From: Terriglobales bacterium
GTDB lineage: Bacteria > Acidobacteriota > Terriglobia > Terriglobales > Acidobacteriaceae
DNA: 64,000 nucleotides
Direction of reading: 5' to 3'
Assembly (NCBI GenBank): GCA_035314185.1
Contig: DATFZT010000205.1
Span: 2,820 to 66,819, forward strand
Made by a program: the position numbers and the translations under genes. How positions within the stretch are numbered: position 1 is the first letter of the stretch; the number at the start of each line of letters is the position of its first letter. The notes beneath the pieces are model-generated. The model was given only the letters and a program-made list of their open reading frames with translations. It ran no database searches and was not told the origin of the DNA. This document shows, in pieces, positions 44,907 through 53,649 of the stretch.

Positions 44907-47048
44907 TCACCAGATCTTGCGATCGACAAAATCGCGTATCTGCTTTCCGGCCAGGCCGGCCAGAGTTCGGTGCGCGATCAGGATCTTGGCAGTTCCTGAC
45001 GTTCCGGCCCGAAGCTGGCCGTCGGCGTTCGGCACCAGCGCCGTGACGCCGTAGAAATCCATGCCCGTCAGTCCCTTGTAGCCTTCGACAGGAGCCAGCC
45101 CAGGTTCCATTCCCGACGCTGAAGGCGCAACTTCAAGTACGCGCGAGTGCAGCCGCTCGAATGAGGAATCCATCTTCAGGGAGACACGGTCTCCGGCGCG
45201 TACATCCCGCAAATCGAATTCCGGAAGGTAAATCCGCGCGCGCAGAACGCTCACGTCCGCCACTTCGAGCAACAGGGCGCCGGCCTCGACATAAGAGCCG
45301 GCCAGATCGGGGAGGCGGGGAGTGAGCACAACTCCAGAGATGGGGCTGGTGGGTTGCAAAGCAGACAACTGCGACGCCAACTCGGCGGATTGGCGGCGAA
45401 GCGACTCGCGCTGCTGCTCCGCGCGACTGTAATCGGCATAGTGCAACCGCGCCTCCGCCGCCCGCAGGGAAGCGACCTGCAATTCGGAGTTGACCAGTGC
45501 CGCTCGTCCTTCTAAATCGAGGTTGCGCAGGCGAACCAGGGGCGCTCCGGCTGCGACGAACTGCGCCTCGGTGGGGAACACCGATACGACTTCTCCGGGC
45601 ACAGTGGCGTGAACGGCGGCTGTGCGCATGGGTTCAAGGTTGAATCGCCCCGTGCGAGTTTCCGGCCAGATGGGAGTGAACAGGAGCAACGCCACCAGTG
45701 CTCCCACGAATGCGGCGCGGGGTGTGAGCAGCCAGCGTCGGGCGCGCTCTTTTTTGTCGAGGTAAAAGGTTTTCATGAATCTCACCAATGTGCGGATCCG
45801 CGACTTGAAAATCAGCAGGGCCAGCAGCCCGGCCGGAACGAACGCCCATTCGGGCGAATATTTCCGGAACACGTTGTAGGAGAAGGTGACCACCACGTAG
45901 AGCAGGGTATAGCTGTAGATGCCCGAAATAATGGCATAGACGGAGAACAGCCAGCGGCGCCGGCGCGGCACGAATTCCACTTCGACGGGAAGACCGAAGA
46001 CATGCCTCTTGATCCAGGTGGAGACGAAGGCGGTAGAGTCCTCCTTTAGCCCGATTATGCCGACGAGTTCACAGAGGATGTAATAGCCGTCCAGTTTGAT
46101 GAGCGGGTTGAGATTGATGATGGCGACGCCTACTCCGGTGATGAGAATGATTTTGTAGGCGAGATCATGCACGGGAGTGCCGGCGGGCGTTCCCCACCAA
46201 ATGATCGAGGCGGCGGAGCAGAACATCAATTCCACCCAGATCCCGGCGATGGAAGTGGCGATGCGCGCCCACTTCCCGGCGTAAATGTAGACCTCCGTCA
46301 CGTCCACGAAAAAACATGGTTCGAGATAGTAGAGGAGGAAGCCCATCTTGTGGACGGCTCCGCCGAAGTGCTTGCAAGTAAGGCCATGCGCGGATTCGTG
46401 GAAGAAGCCGAGAAAGCAGAACAGGAGCCAGAACTCGGCGATGTCGCCCAGTCCCTTTTGAGTAAAGTTGTAATACTTCCAGGTGTCGGCGCCGATCTCG
46501 CTCCAGCGGTCGATGAAGATCCAGGCCATGAAGGCGAAGAAAGCCAGCGTCAGCAGGATGAACCAGCCGTCGTAAACGAACTTGGCCTTTTCGTGCAGGC
46601 GGGTCAGGTAGGTGTCTGGATCCCAGTGGCCCACGGTTATGGTGGTGATGTCCTCCCATTTCTTGGTGGCGCGTTTATGGCGCTCCTCGGCGCCTTTCTG
46701 GGCGGCCATGACGTTGGGTTCCTGCGGCGCGGTGTACCAGATTTCATCGAGCTCGCTGACGTATTCCTGAATACTCTCGGGGGAGTAATAGACTCCGGCG
46801 CGCGCCCTGAAGGTATTCGACACTTCTTCGTAGGAGCGCTCTCCGTTGAAGAGCTGCAGCAACTCCCATTGTTGGGGGGTAAAGCGGTACAACTGGTTTG
46901 CGCCCGAAACGATGGCGTAGATCACTGGTTCGCCGCTCTCCATTTGTGTTCGGGCCAACACATGAGGATGGAGCCGGGGACAGCGTTTACGGACCGAGCG
47001 GGGCGGCAGGTCCGGCAGGGCAACGTGAAGGGCTTCGGTGAGATTCAT
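44907..47048 (-). CDS. Site-2-protease-type (M50) zinc metalloprotease fused to a HlyD-like membrane-fusion domain
   Basis: FFHESAHG (HExxH) and NLNPLIKLDGYY (NxxPxxxxDG) within a polytopic region. C-terminal barrel-sandwich/coiled-coil (PGEVVSVFPTEAQFVAAGAPLVRLRN...). I chose ATG 47048, which forms an ATGA overlap with the upstream stop; the track start is 47120. Confidence 0.8.
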   Translation of the reverse strand: MNLTEALHVALPDLPPRSVRKRCPRLHPHVLARTQMESGEPVIYAIVSGANQLYRFTPQQWELLQLFNGERSYEEVSNTFRARAGVYYSPESIQEYVSELDEIWYTAPQEPNVMAAQKGAEERHKRATKKWEDITTITVGHWDPDTYLTRLHEKAKFVYDGWFILLTLAFFAFMAWIFIDRWSEIGADTWKYYNFTQKGLGDIAEFWLLFCFLGFFHESAHGLTCKHFGGAVHKMGFLLYYLEPCFFVDVTEVYIYAGKWARIATSIAGIWVELMFCSAASIIWWGTPAGTPVHDLAYKIILITGVGVAIINLNPLIKLDGYYILCELVGIIGLKEDSTAFVSTWIKRHVFGLPVEVEFVPRRRRWLFSVYAIISGIYSYTLLYVVVTFSYNVFRKYSPEWAFVPAGLLALLIFKSRIRTLVRFMKTFYLDKKERARRWLLTPRAAFVGALVALLLFTPIWPETRTGRFNLEPMRTAAVHATVPGEVVSVFPTEAQFVAAGAPLVRLRNLDLEGRAALVNSELQVASLRAAEARLHYADYSRAEQQRESLRRQSAELASQLSALQPTSPISGVVLTPRLPDLAGSYVEAGALLLEVADVSVLRARIYLPEFDLRDVRAGDRVSLKMDSSFERLHSRVLEVAPSASGMEPGLAPVEGYKGLTGMDFYGVTALVPNADGQLRAGTSGTAKILIAHRTLAGLAGKQIRDFVDRKIW

Positions 47049-47944
47049 CGCGGATTGGGGATGCGCACACTGGCGCTCATGCCGGGCCGCAGTCCAGTGG
47101 TCGGCCCTACGAGCTGGCACAACACTTCGATGGTGCCGCTTGAGGGATCAACGACCGGGCTGATTTCTATTACGCTGGCTCCCCAGCGCTGGCCATCGAC
47201 ATCGGGAGAAGTCAACTCGAAGCGCTGACCTCGGGCGATATGGCCCAGGAAACTCTCGGGCAAGGTGAACCGAATGCGGAGGGGCGACTCGGCAGTGACC
47301 CAGAAGAGGCGATCTCCGAGGCTGACTTTCTGGCCGGCTCGCACGTAGCGGCGAGCCACGACCCCGTCGAAAGGCGCAGCCACCCGGGTCTTCTCCAACT
47401 CCAGTTCGAGCGAATGTTCGCTGGCTTGCGCGTCCACCAGAATCTCCCTTACACGCTCTACATCCCAGTGATCCGATTCGGCTTTGTAGCGCGCATGCTC
47501 AATCTGTTCCTTGGGGATGACGTGTGCCTCCCACATCTTTTCGGCCCGTCGCAAGTCGGCGTCAAGCATCTTGGTTTCCGCTTCCCAGTTGTGCAGGTCC
47601 GCGGCGGTGCTGCGGGTGCGGGCGCGGGCAGCTTCGAGGTTCGCCGAAACCTGGCGGTCATCGAGTTGCGCCAGAAGCTGACCCTTCTTCACCTTGGTGC
47701 CGGGCTCGGCGAAGATGGTGGCGATCATGCCCTCCCTTTGTGCGCCCACGTCGACCTGGTCTTCGACGACGAGGGGACCGGAAGCGAGGAACACCTTTTC
47801 GGCGGGCGCGGGCGCGGGCGTCGGGGACGGATTCGGAGAAGCGTTGGCGGCGGCAACCACGGGACGGGAATCTCCGCAGCCGAGCCCCAGGCCCATCATT
47901 ATCGTTATTGCTACGATGACAAGTGTCGGCATTATCGACTTCAT
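47045..47944 (-). CDS. HlyD/RND-adaptor family periplasmic lipoprotein
   Basis: Lipobox MMGLGLGCG, then GMIATIFAEPGTKVKKGQLLAQLDD, a coiled-coil hairpin and a beta-barrel (RVAAPFDGVVARRYVRAGQKV). Confidence 0.8.
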   Translation of the reverse strand: MKSIMPTLVIVAITIMMGLGLGCGDSRPVVAAANASPNPSPTPAPAPAEKVFLASGPLVVEDQVDVGAQREGMIATIFAEPGTKVKKGQLLAQLDDRQVSANLEAARARTRSTAADLHNWEAETKMLDADLRRAEKMWEAHVIPKEQIEHARYKAESDHWDVERVREILVDAQASEHSLELELEKTRVAAPFDGVVARRYVRAGQKVSLGDRLFWVTAESPLRIRFTLPESFLGHIARGQRFELTSPDVDGQRWGASVIEISPVVDPSSGTIEVLCQLVGPTTGLRPGMSASVRIPNPR

Positions 47945-47988
47945 GGCTGACCTCCGAACGCTACCAACCGATCTTTACCAACCGACCT

Positions 47989-50400
47989 TTACCAACCAAA
48001 CCATGACCACAATTTGGAATAGATCCACATGGCGGGACGGCGGAACATAACGTAGCCCACCGGGCGCCAGCCCGCCATGACTTTAGCGCGGCCGTGCATC
48101 CCGGAACGAATCAGGGAATCGGGATTCGACACCAGGACGCGGGCGTAGAAAACCTTCTGATCATTTTGGAGGCTGCTGATCGGGCTTACGATCCGCACCT
48201 CTCCGGGAAAACTTCTTGTCGGGAAGGCGTCCAGTTTGACCGTGGCCGGACGTCCGGGCTGCAACAGAACCGCATCCAATTCGTCGATGGCGAGGTCGAC
48301 ACTGGACTGGGTGGAATCGATCACTTCGAGAAAGCTGTCGGACGGCGACAGATGCCGGCCCACAAAGTTCTCGACGTGAGGAGTGGCGACGACGCCCTCG
48401 AGGGGCGAACGCAAGTGCGTCCGCTCGAGGCGTTCCTGGGCCCTTTTCAACTCGGCGGCCCAGTATTCTGTTTGTACGCGCTGGATTCCTGCTTCCGTGC
48501 CATCGTTGGCGGCCAGTGCGCGGTTCATCTCCGAGACGGCAGTCTGATATTTGGCATTGGCGGCGGCCAGTGCCGAGCGAAGGTCCCAGTCCTCGAGATC
48601 GGCCAGAAGCGTGCCGGGGTGGACGCGATCCCCCTCGCGCACGAAGACGGATTTCACGACGCCATCCATCGAGGACATGACCTGAGCTTTGCGAACGGGC
48701 CCAACCGTGGCGTCTCCGTCCAACCGCATTGGGATCGGGAAAAAAGCTAGAAACAGGGCGGCTGCTAGCGCGCCCGCCAAGATGAGCGCGCGCCGGCTCT
48801 TTTCGAGCGCGAGAAAGCGGCGCTTCCTTTCGAGTACGGGCTCGAGCAGGCTGATGAACGGTACGTCGCGATAGAGCGAGGCGTTGCGCAAAGCGACCGT
48901 GGCCTGTGCGGCCAGCACGCGGACAATTTCGAAGTGCGCCCGAGTCATGAAGTCCGGGTCATGGCTCTCAAACGAGAGGATGCCGAGCGCGCCCTGATCG
49001 TCATCGAGTGGGAGCGCATAGAAGGCGCGGGCCCCGGTGGCGGCGAAGTATTCGCTGAACTTGGTGCGGCTGGCCTCGCGTGACACATCTATGGTTTCGC
49101 CATGCTGGGTAACATGAATCTCTTCTTTCGAAAGGGAGGCCCACTCCAGCATTTCCTTCAGCAGCTTGATGGTGGGATCACTGGGATTGATCTGAGGCAA
49201 GCCGGACACGGCCTTCAGATGAACGCTGCCCCGCTCTTCGAGCGCAATGGCGGCGCGGTCATAGGAAAGGACACCTTGCGTATCGTTGACAATTACCTGG
49301 AGGACGCGATCGATGTCCAGGGTCGAGGTAATCTCCCGGCTAACTTTTACCAGGGTTTCAAGAATTTCGACTTTGCGCTCCGCTTGCAGCAGGCTGGCGT
49401 TGTGCAGAGCGTTGCTGGCGGTTTCGCAGATATTGCTCAGCAAAAACTGATCGTCCTCGTCGAAAGGTAGACCGTCCAGGCGATTGGTGGCTTCGACGAC
49501 ACCGACCAGCGATTCCCGGTCCATGAGGGGCGCTCCTAGAAGCGAAAAGATCGCTCCCTCTTTGGCCTGAACTCTAACACCAGCGTTCCGCTTCTGAAGA
49601 CGCGGATCTTCGGGATCATTGATCAGGACGGGTTCGCCGTTGTCCGAGACGTCGCCTGGAACTCCATCGCCTGGGCTCTCGAGCGATTCCAACTCCACCG
49701 TCGGATCATTTCCGGCGCGGCGCACCAGCCTGACCGCGTCCCCATCCACCATCCACACATTTACCGCTTGAGTGCGCAGGACTTCGTGGAACTTGGCCGC
49801 AATCGTGTCGAGCAGGGGATCGAGATCCAGGTTCGAGTTGAAGACCTTTTCCAGGTCATACATCTGGGTGACGCGGCTGATCGATTGGAGACTGGTATTG
49901 CGCTCGCTCTCATATGAGAGAGCGACAGCGATGGCCGGCGCAGCCAGTTCAGCGACGTCGCTCAGTTGCTGCAACACTGAGTCGGGAAATGTCTGCTCGA
50001 AGTTGACCAGCTCTATGGCGCCGACCAGAGTCTGCGTCACCAGGAGTGGAGCATACGCGAGAGAAACCACGGTGCGGCGGATATCCAGATGAGCATAGTC
50101 TTCACGCTTCAGGTTGGCGCCCTCGAAGACCTGGGGCGTCTTGTTCTCCGCCACCGCTCCCAGCGGGCCTTCGTGAAATTCCATCGCGTCGGTGACCGCG
50201 ATCTCGCCCGCCGTCGCCTTGGCTGTCCAGACGGGATTTCCCTGATCGTGGATGACATAGACCACAACTGCCGTGCCGGGAAAGAGTTCGGCTACCCGGT
50301 CAGCCGTGGCTTCCGCACGGGGGATCACCTCTTGCTGGGCCAGCAAGGCTGCGGCAAATTCAGCCACCGGAATCGCCAGTTCGGATCTTCGAATCGTCAT
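47989..50400 (-). CDS. 3xGAF - TM - HlyD-like membrane-fusion protein
   Basis: Three repeats of about 170 aa, each ending in a GAF-type helix (AIAVALSYESE, ASNALHNASLL, ATVALRNASLY). TM segment ALILAGALAAALFLAFFPIP, then DGVVKSVFVREGDRVHPGTLLADLED and LRSPLEGVVA. Confidence 0.8.
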   Translation of the reverse strand: MTIRRSELAIPVAEFAAALLAQQEVIPRAEATADRVAELFPGTAVVVYVIHDQGNPVWTAKATAGEIAVTDAMEFHEGPLGAVAENKTPQVFEGANLKREDYAHLDIRRTVVSLAYAPLLVTQTLVGAIELVNFEQTFPDSVLQQLSDVAELAAPAIAVALSYESERNTSLQSISRVTQMYDLEKVFNSNLDLDPLLDTIAAKFHEVLRTQAVNVWMVDGDAVRLVRRAGNDPTVELESLESPGDGVPGDVSDNGEPVLINDPEDPRLQKRNAGVRVQAKEGAIFSLLGAPLMDRESLVGVVEATNRLDGLPFDEDDQFLLSNICETASNALHNASLLQAERKVEILETLVKVSREITSTLDIDRVLQVIVNDTQGVLSYDRAAIALEERGSVHLKAVSGLPQINPSDPTIKLLKEMLEWASLSKEEIHVTQHGETIDVSREASRTKFSEYFAATGARAFYALPLDDDQGALGILSFESHDPDFMTRAHFEIVRVLAAQATVALRNASLYRDVPFISLLEPVLERKRRFLALEKSRRALILAGALAAALFLAFFPIPMRLDGDATVGPVRKAQVMSSMDGVVKSVFVREGDRVHPGTLLADLEDWDLRSALAAANAKYQTAVSEMNRALAANDGTEAGIQRVQTEYWAAELKRAQERLERTHLRSPLEGVVATPHVENFVGRHLSPSDSFLEVIDSTQSSVDLAIDELDAVLLQPGRPATVKLDAFPTRSFPGEVRIVSPISSLQNDQKVFYARVLVSNPDSLIRSGMHGRAKVMAGWRPVGYVMFRRPAMWIYSKLWSWFGW

Positions 50401-50597
50401 AAGTGGGCGTTCCTGGTTCTAGAGACCGCGTTCTGCAAACCTCGTCCTGCAGATCTGTTCTGGAAACTCAGGGAGCGCTATTGGGGGAGATCGCAGCCTG
50501 TCGGAGGCACAGCGCCCCTCCTGAGGGCTGCCATCTTATGCTCGTCTGCCCTGCGGGGTCAACATGCTTGCGGTGGTCGCATTGCTTGTCGCACTAC

Positions 50598-52058
50598 TTA
50601 CTTTCCGATGCAGAATGTGCCGAAGATGAGGTTGAGGATGTCGTCGGTGGTGGTGGCGCCGGTAATTTCGTCGAGGGGGCGCAGGGCGGCGTAGAGATCG
50701 AGCAGGAGCATCTCGTGGGGGACTCGGGCAGCTACGGCACTGGTGGCGGCGGCGAGCGCGGTTAGCGCGTCGCTGACTAGTTTCTGGTGGCGAACGCTGG
50801 TCAGGAAGCCGGATTCCTGCTGGGCGGTGGAGTCTCCGGCCGCGTGGTGGAGAATGGCGGCACGGAGGGCGGGGATGCCTTCGCCGGTGAGGGCGGAGGT
50901 GGGGATTACGGGCGTCGTCGGCGTTGCCGAGCTGCTCCACCCCGTCAACCCAACACCGGGCTTGTCGGGGACCCCGGTGCGCTCGGCTGGACGGGCGAGG
51001 CGCCCGTCCCCACACGTGCCGTCTCCACGCTCGGCCAGCAGGTCGCATTTGTTTTCTACTACTATCGCTGGGCGGGCTTCGATCTGGCGCAGTACTTCTT
51101 GGTCTTCTTCGTTCAGGGGCTGAGTTTTATCGATTACCACGAGGACTAGGTCGGCATCGGCCAAGGCTTCCATTGATTTCTTGATGCCGATACTTTCGGC
51201 TTCGGCGTCGTTTGGGGCGCGACGGATGCCGGCGGTGTCCACCAGTTCCACAGGAATTCCACCGATGGAGACGGTTTCGCTTACCAGGTCGCGCGTGGTG
51301 CCGGGCTCGGCGGTGACGATGGCGCGCTCACGCTCGACGAGGCGATTGAAGAGGCTCGATTTGCCTACGTTCGGACGACCTACGATGGCCAGGGTCAGTC
51401 CCTGGTGAACGAGCTTGCCGTAGGTGAAAGAGGCGGCTAGTTGTTGCAGTGGCGCTTCGATCTTCGCTATGCGATCAAGGATGGTGGCGTCTTGCGCTAT
51501 GGAAACGTCGTCTTCGGCGAAGTCGATGCCGGCTTCGAGCAGGGCGATCAGGTCCACTAAATCTTTCTTGATGGGCTTCAGGCGATTGGACAGCGCTCCT
51601 TCTAATTGCTGGGCGGCCACTTTCGCCTGGAATAGAGTTTGCGCGTCGATGAGGTCGCGGACGGCTTCGGCCTGGGTCAGGTCGAGGCGTCCGTTGAGGA
51701 AGGCGCGCATGGTGAATTCTCCGGGCTCGGCTAGACGGGCCCCGCGGGCTAGGGCTAGCTCGACAATGTGGCGCAGGACTACGGGGGAGCCGTGGGCGGA
51801 GATTTCTATGATGTCGTCGGTGGTGTAGGAGTGGGGCTTGGCGAAGTAGGTGACTATGACTTCGTCGATGCGGGTGGGAGGTGTGGTGGAGGGGTCGATC
51901 AGGTCGCAGTGGAGTGCTCGGTTGGGTTCGAGGTCGCGACTTAGGCGCAGCATGGGCTGGGCTATTGCTCGCGCTCCAGGACCGGCCAGGCGGACTACGC
52001 CTATGCCACCGCGTCCGGGCGGGGTGGCGATGGCGACTATGGTGTCATCGAGATTCAC
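50598..52058 (-). CDS. mnmE: tRNA modification GTPase MnmE
   Basis: [23 protein letters not shown]1 [10 protein letters not shown]3 DTAG, G4 NKCD, and C-terminal FCIGK. 486 aa, with an extra loop encoded by a REP element. Confidence 0.95.
   Translation of the reverse strand: MNLDDTIVAIATPPGRGGIGVVRLAGPGARAIAQPMLRLSRDLEPNRALHCDLIDPSTTPPTRIDEVIVTYFAKPHSYTTDDIIEISAHGSPVVLRHIVELALARGARLAEPGEFTMRAFLNGRLDLTQAEAVRDLIDAQTLFQAKVAAQQLEGALSNRLKPIKKDLVDLIALLEAGIDFAEDDVSIAQDATILDRIAKIEAPLQQLAASFTYGKLVHQGLTLAIVGRPNVGKSSLFNRLVERERAIVTAEPGTTRDLVSETVSIGGIPVELVDTAGIRRAPNDAEAESIGIKKSMEALADADLVLVVIDKTQPLNEEDQEVLRQIEARPAIVVENKCDLLAERGDGTCGDGRLARPAERTGVPDKPGVGLTGWSSSATPTTPVIPTSALTGEGIPALRAAILHHAAGDSTAQQESGFLTSVRHQKLVSDALTALAAATSAVAARVPHEMLLLDLYAALRPLDEITGATTTDDILNLIFGTFCIGK
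50976..51036. repeat. REP family-B element inside mnmE
   Basis: ggtgcgctcggctggacgggcgaggcgcccgtccccacacgtgccgtctccacgctcggcc, the same element as 39739-39802, 56197-56248, 61315-61346 and 62464-62515. Confidence 0.85.
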
Positions 52059-52067
52059 ACGAACATT

Positions 52068-52523
52068 CTAGCTGTGTGACACTGTGTTCACGCTAGACGT
52101 CTGTTCGGCGCTGCGCGTCCACTTCCGATAAACAACGAAGTGGTAGAGGGCGAGAGGAAGGGGAATAAGAAAGAAAAGAAACGGGAACCAGAGGGCACGC
52201 TTCAGCCATGACGATTGGTCGAAGCCGAACCAAAAGTACAGCATCGCCACCCATAGCAACGCGCTCCCAATAACCTCCGGAATAAGGACCAACCGCAAGA
52301 TGGCGGCGGTTGACGGCGGCAAGGTGTGGGATCCAATGGCGGATTGAGCGGCACGCGTTCCGGCCAAGGTTCCACTTAACGCCAGAGCCAGCACGGAGCA
52401 AATGAGATACACACGTCGCGCGACGCGGGAAACCATCCACGTCCGTGAGATGGGCAGGATCATCATCGGGACGGAGCAGCTTATCACGTGATAAACCGGT
52501 TTGCTGCATCTGGTCCGGGTCAT
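52068..52523 (-). CDS. Hypothetical membrane protein upstream of mnmE
   Basis: 151-aa ORF with 3-4 hydrophobic segments (e.g. [40 protein letters not shown]). It ends 9 nt before the mnmE start. Confidence 0.45.
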   Translation of the reverse strand: MTRTRCSKPVYHVISCSVPMMILPISRTWMVSRVARRVYLICSVLALALSGTLAGTRAAQSAIGSHTLPPSTAAILRLVLIPEVIGSALLWVAMLYFWFGFDQSSWLKRALWFPFLFFLIPLPLALYHFVVYRKWTRSAEQTSSVNTVSHS

Positions 52524-52579
52524 TTATACTTACGGTTTGCCTTAAGCCATCTGATTCAATCAGGGAGCAAGGATTTTCG

Positions 52580-52735
52580 ATGCCGAAACGTACATTTCAA
52601 CCCAACAAGCGCAAGCGCTCGAAGAAGCACGGGTTCCGGACTCGCATGAAGACCAAGAGCGGGGCCGCAGTGCTGTCGCGCCGCCGGGCCAAGGGGCGCA
52701 AGCGTGTTTCCGTGGCGCCGGGTTTCCGCGATTAG
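52580..52735 (+). CDS. rpmH: 50S ribosomal protein L34
   Basis: [47 protein letters not shown] 52580 follows GGGAGCAAGGA; the track ORF starts earlier (52445). Confidence 0.95.
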   Translation: MPKRTFQPNKRKRSKKHGFRTRMKTKSGAAVLSRRRAKGRKRVSVAPGFRD

Positions 52736-52809
52736 TTTTCCCCACAACGGACGGCAAAGGCCGTCTTAATTACTATTACTATTACTAACTGTCGTTACTA
52801 CCAACTATT

Positions 52810-53310
52810 GTGCAGGATTGTGAGCTGGTGAGCGCCGACGCTCCGGAACGGAGTCGAGAGCACACCGCGGCCAACGCGGGCGGGAGCTTTCCGCGTGGCT
52901 CTTCGCGTTTGGGGCGGCTGCTGAAGCACTCCGATTTCAATCGCGTGTACAAGGAGGGGCGGCGGCACTTTTCCTCGCACATGACCGTGTTTTTTCTGCG
53001 GCGGGCGGATGCAGACTTGCCGCAGACTGCTTTGCCGGAAAGCGCCTTACCGGAGAAGCTTGCGCGCGTCGGGTTCACCGTGGGACGCGTGCTCGGCAGC
53101 GCAGTCGAGCGGAACCGGATCAAGCGGCGCTTGCGCGAAGCGGTGCGGCAGCGGCGTCTGGTGCTGAAGGACGCGGGGGCGGTGGATGTGGTGATCAATC
53201 CGAAGAAATCGGTGCTGACTCTGGAATTTTCGGAGGTGCTCGAAGAAGTGGGCCGGGCGCTGGACGTGATCGCGAAAAAGCTGTTGGGGAATGGAGAAAC
53301 GAAGAAATGA
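52810..53310 (+). CDS. rnpA: Ribonuclease P protein component
   Basis: [17 protein letters not shown]...[27 protein letters not shown] (RNR motif). The start is uncertain because the N-terminal 30 aa are not conserved-looking. Confidence 0.8.
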   Translation: MQDCELVSADAPERSREHTAANAGGSFPRGSSRLGRLLKHSDFNRVYKEGRRHFSSHMTVFFLRRADADLPQTALPESALPEKLARVGFTVGRVLGSAVERNRIKRRLREAVRQRRLVLKDAGAVDVVINPKKSVLTLEFSEVLEEVGRALDVIAKKLLGNGETKK

Positions 53311-53570
53311 AGTCTCTGACGCTGGCGCTGCTGCTAGTTTACAAGCGGTGGATTTCGCCTTTGTTTCCACCGTCGTGCCGCTACGTGCCGACTTGCTCGG
53401 AATACGCCTTGGAGGCGGTCGAGCGATATGGTGCGATGCGCGGCGGGGCTTTGGCGGCTTGGCGGGTGTTGCGGTGCCATCCGTTGGCTGCGGGCGGGCT
53501 GGATCCGGTGGTGGCGAATCCCACTCATTCGCACAAAACGCGAATGAGTGGGGCACCCACGATGTTGTGA
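53307..53570 (+). CDS. yidD: Membrane protein insertion efficiency factor YidD
   Basis: [52 protein letters not shown] overlap with the rnpA stop. The last ~18 aa are translated from a REP hairpin. Confidence 0.9.
   Translation: MKSLTLALLLVYKRWISPLFPPSCRYVPTCSEYALEAVERYGAMRGGALAAWRVLRCHPLAAGGLDPVVANPTHSHKTRMSGAPTML
53519..53558. repeat. REP-like hairpin, family F, forming the yidD 3' end
   Basis: cccactcattcgcacaaaacgcgaatgagtggggcaccc with stem ccactcattcgc/gcgaatgagtgg. Twin at 23701-23742. Confidence 0.8.
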
Positions 53571-53649
53571 TGCACTGCCGAGCTTCGCTCGGGGCGGACG
53601 AATGCGCGCTACGTGGACTGTGGTGCTGACGAAGAGATGAGTTACTGAT

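Noticed and set aside
44155-44929. Minus-strand ORFs 44155-44571 and 44594-44929 opposite the small cationic ORFs
   Set aside because: They have no paralogous relationship, no SD and odd composition. The + strand pair shares a conserved N-terminus and sits behind a sigma54 promoter.
50431-50453. Possible sigma54 promoter upstream of the GAF-HlyD operon (minus strand ctgcaggacgaggtttgcag)
   Set aside because: The GG-to-GC spacing is one nucleotide short of the strict -24/-12 spacing, and the -24 element is poor (TGCAGG).
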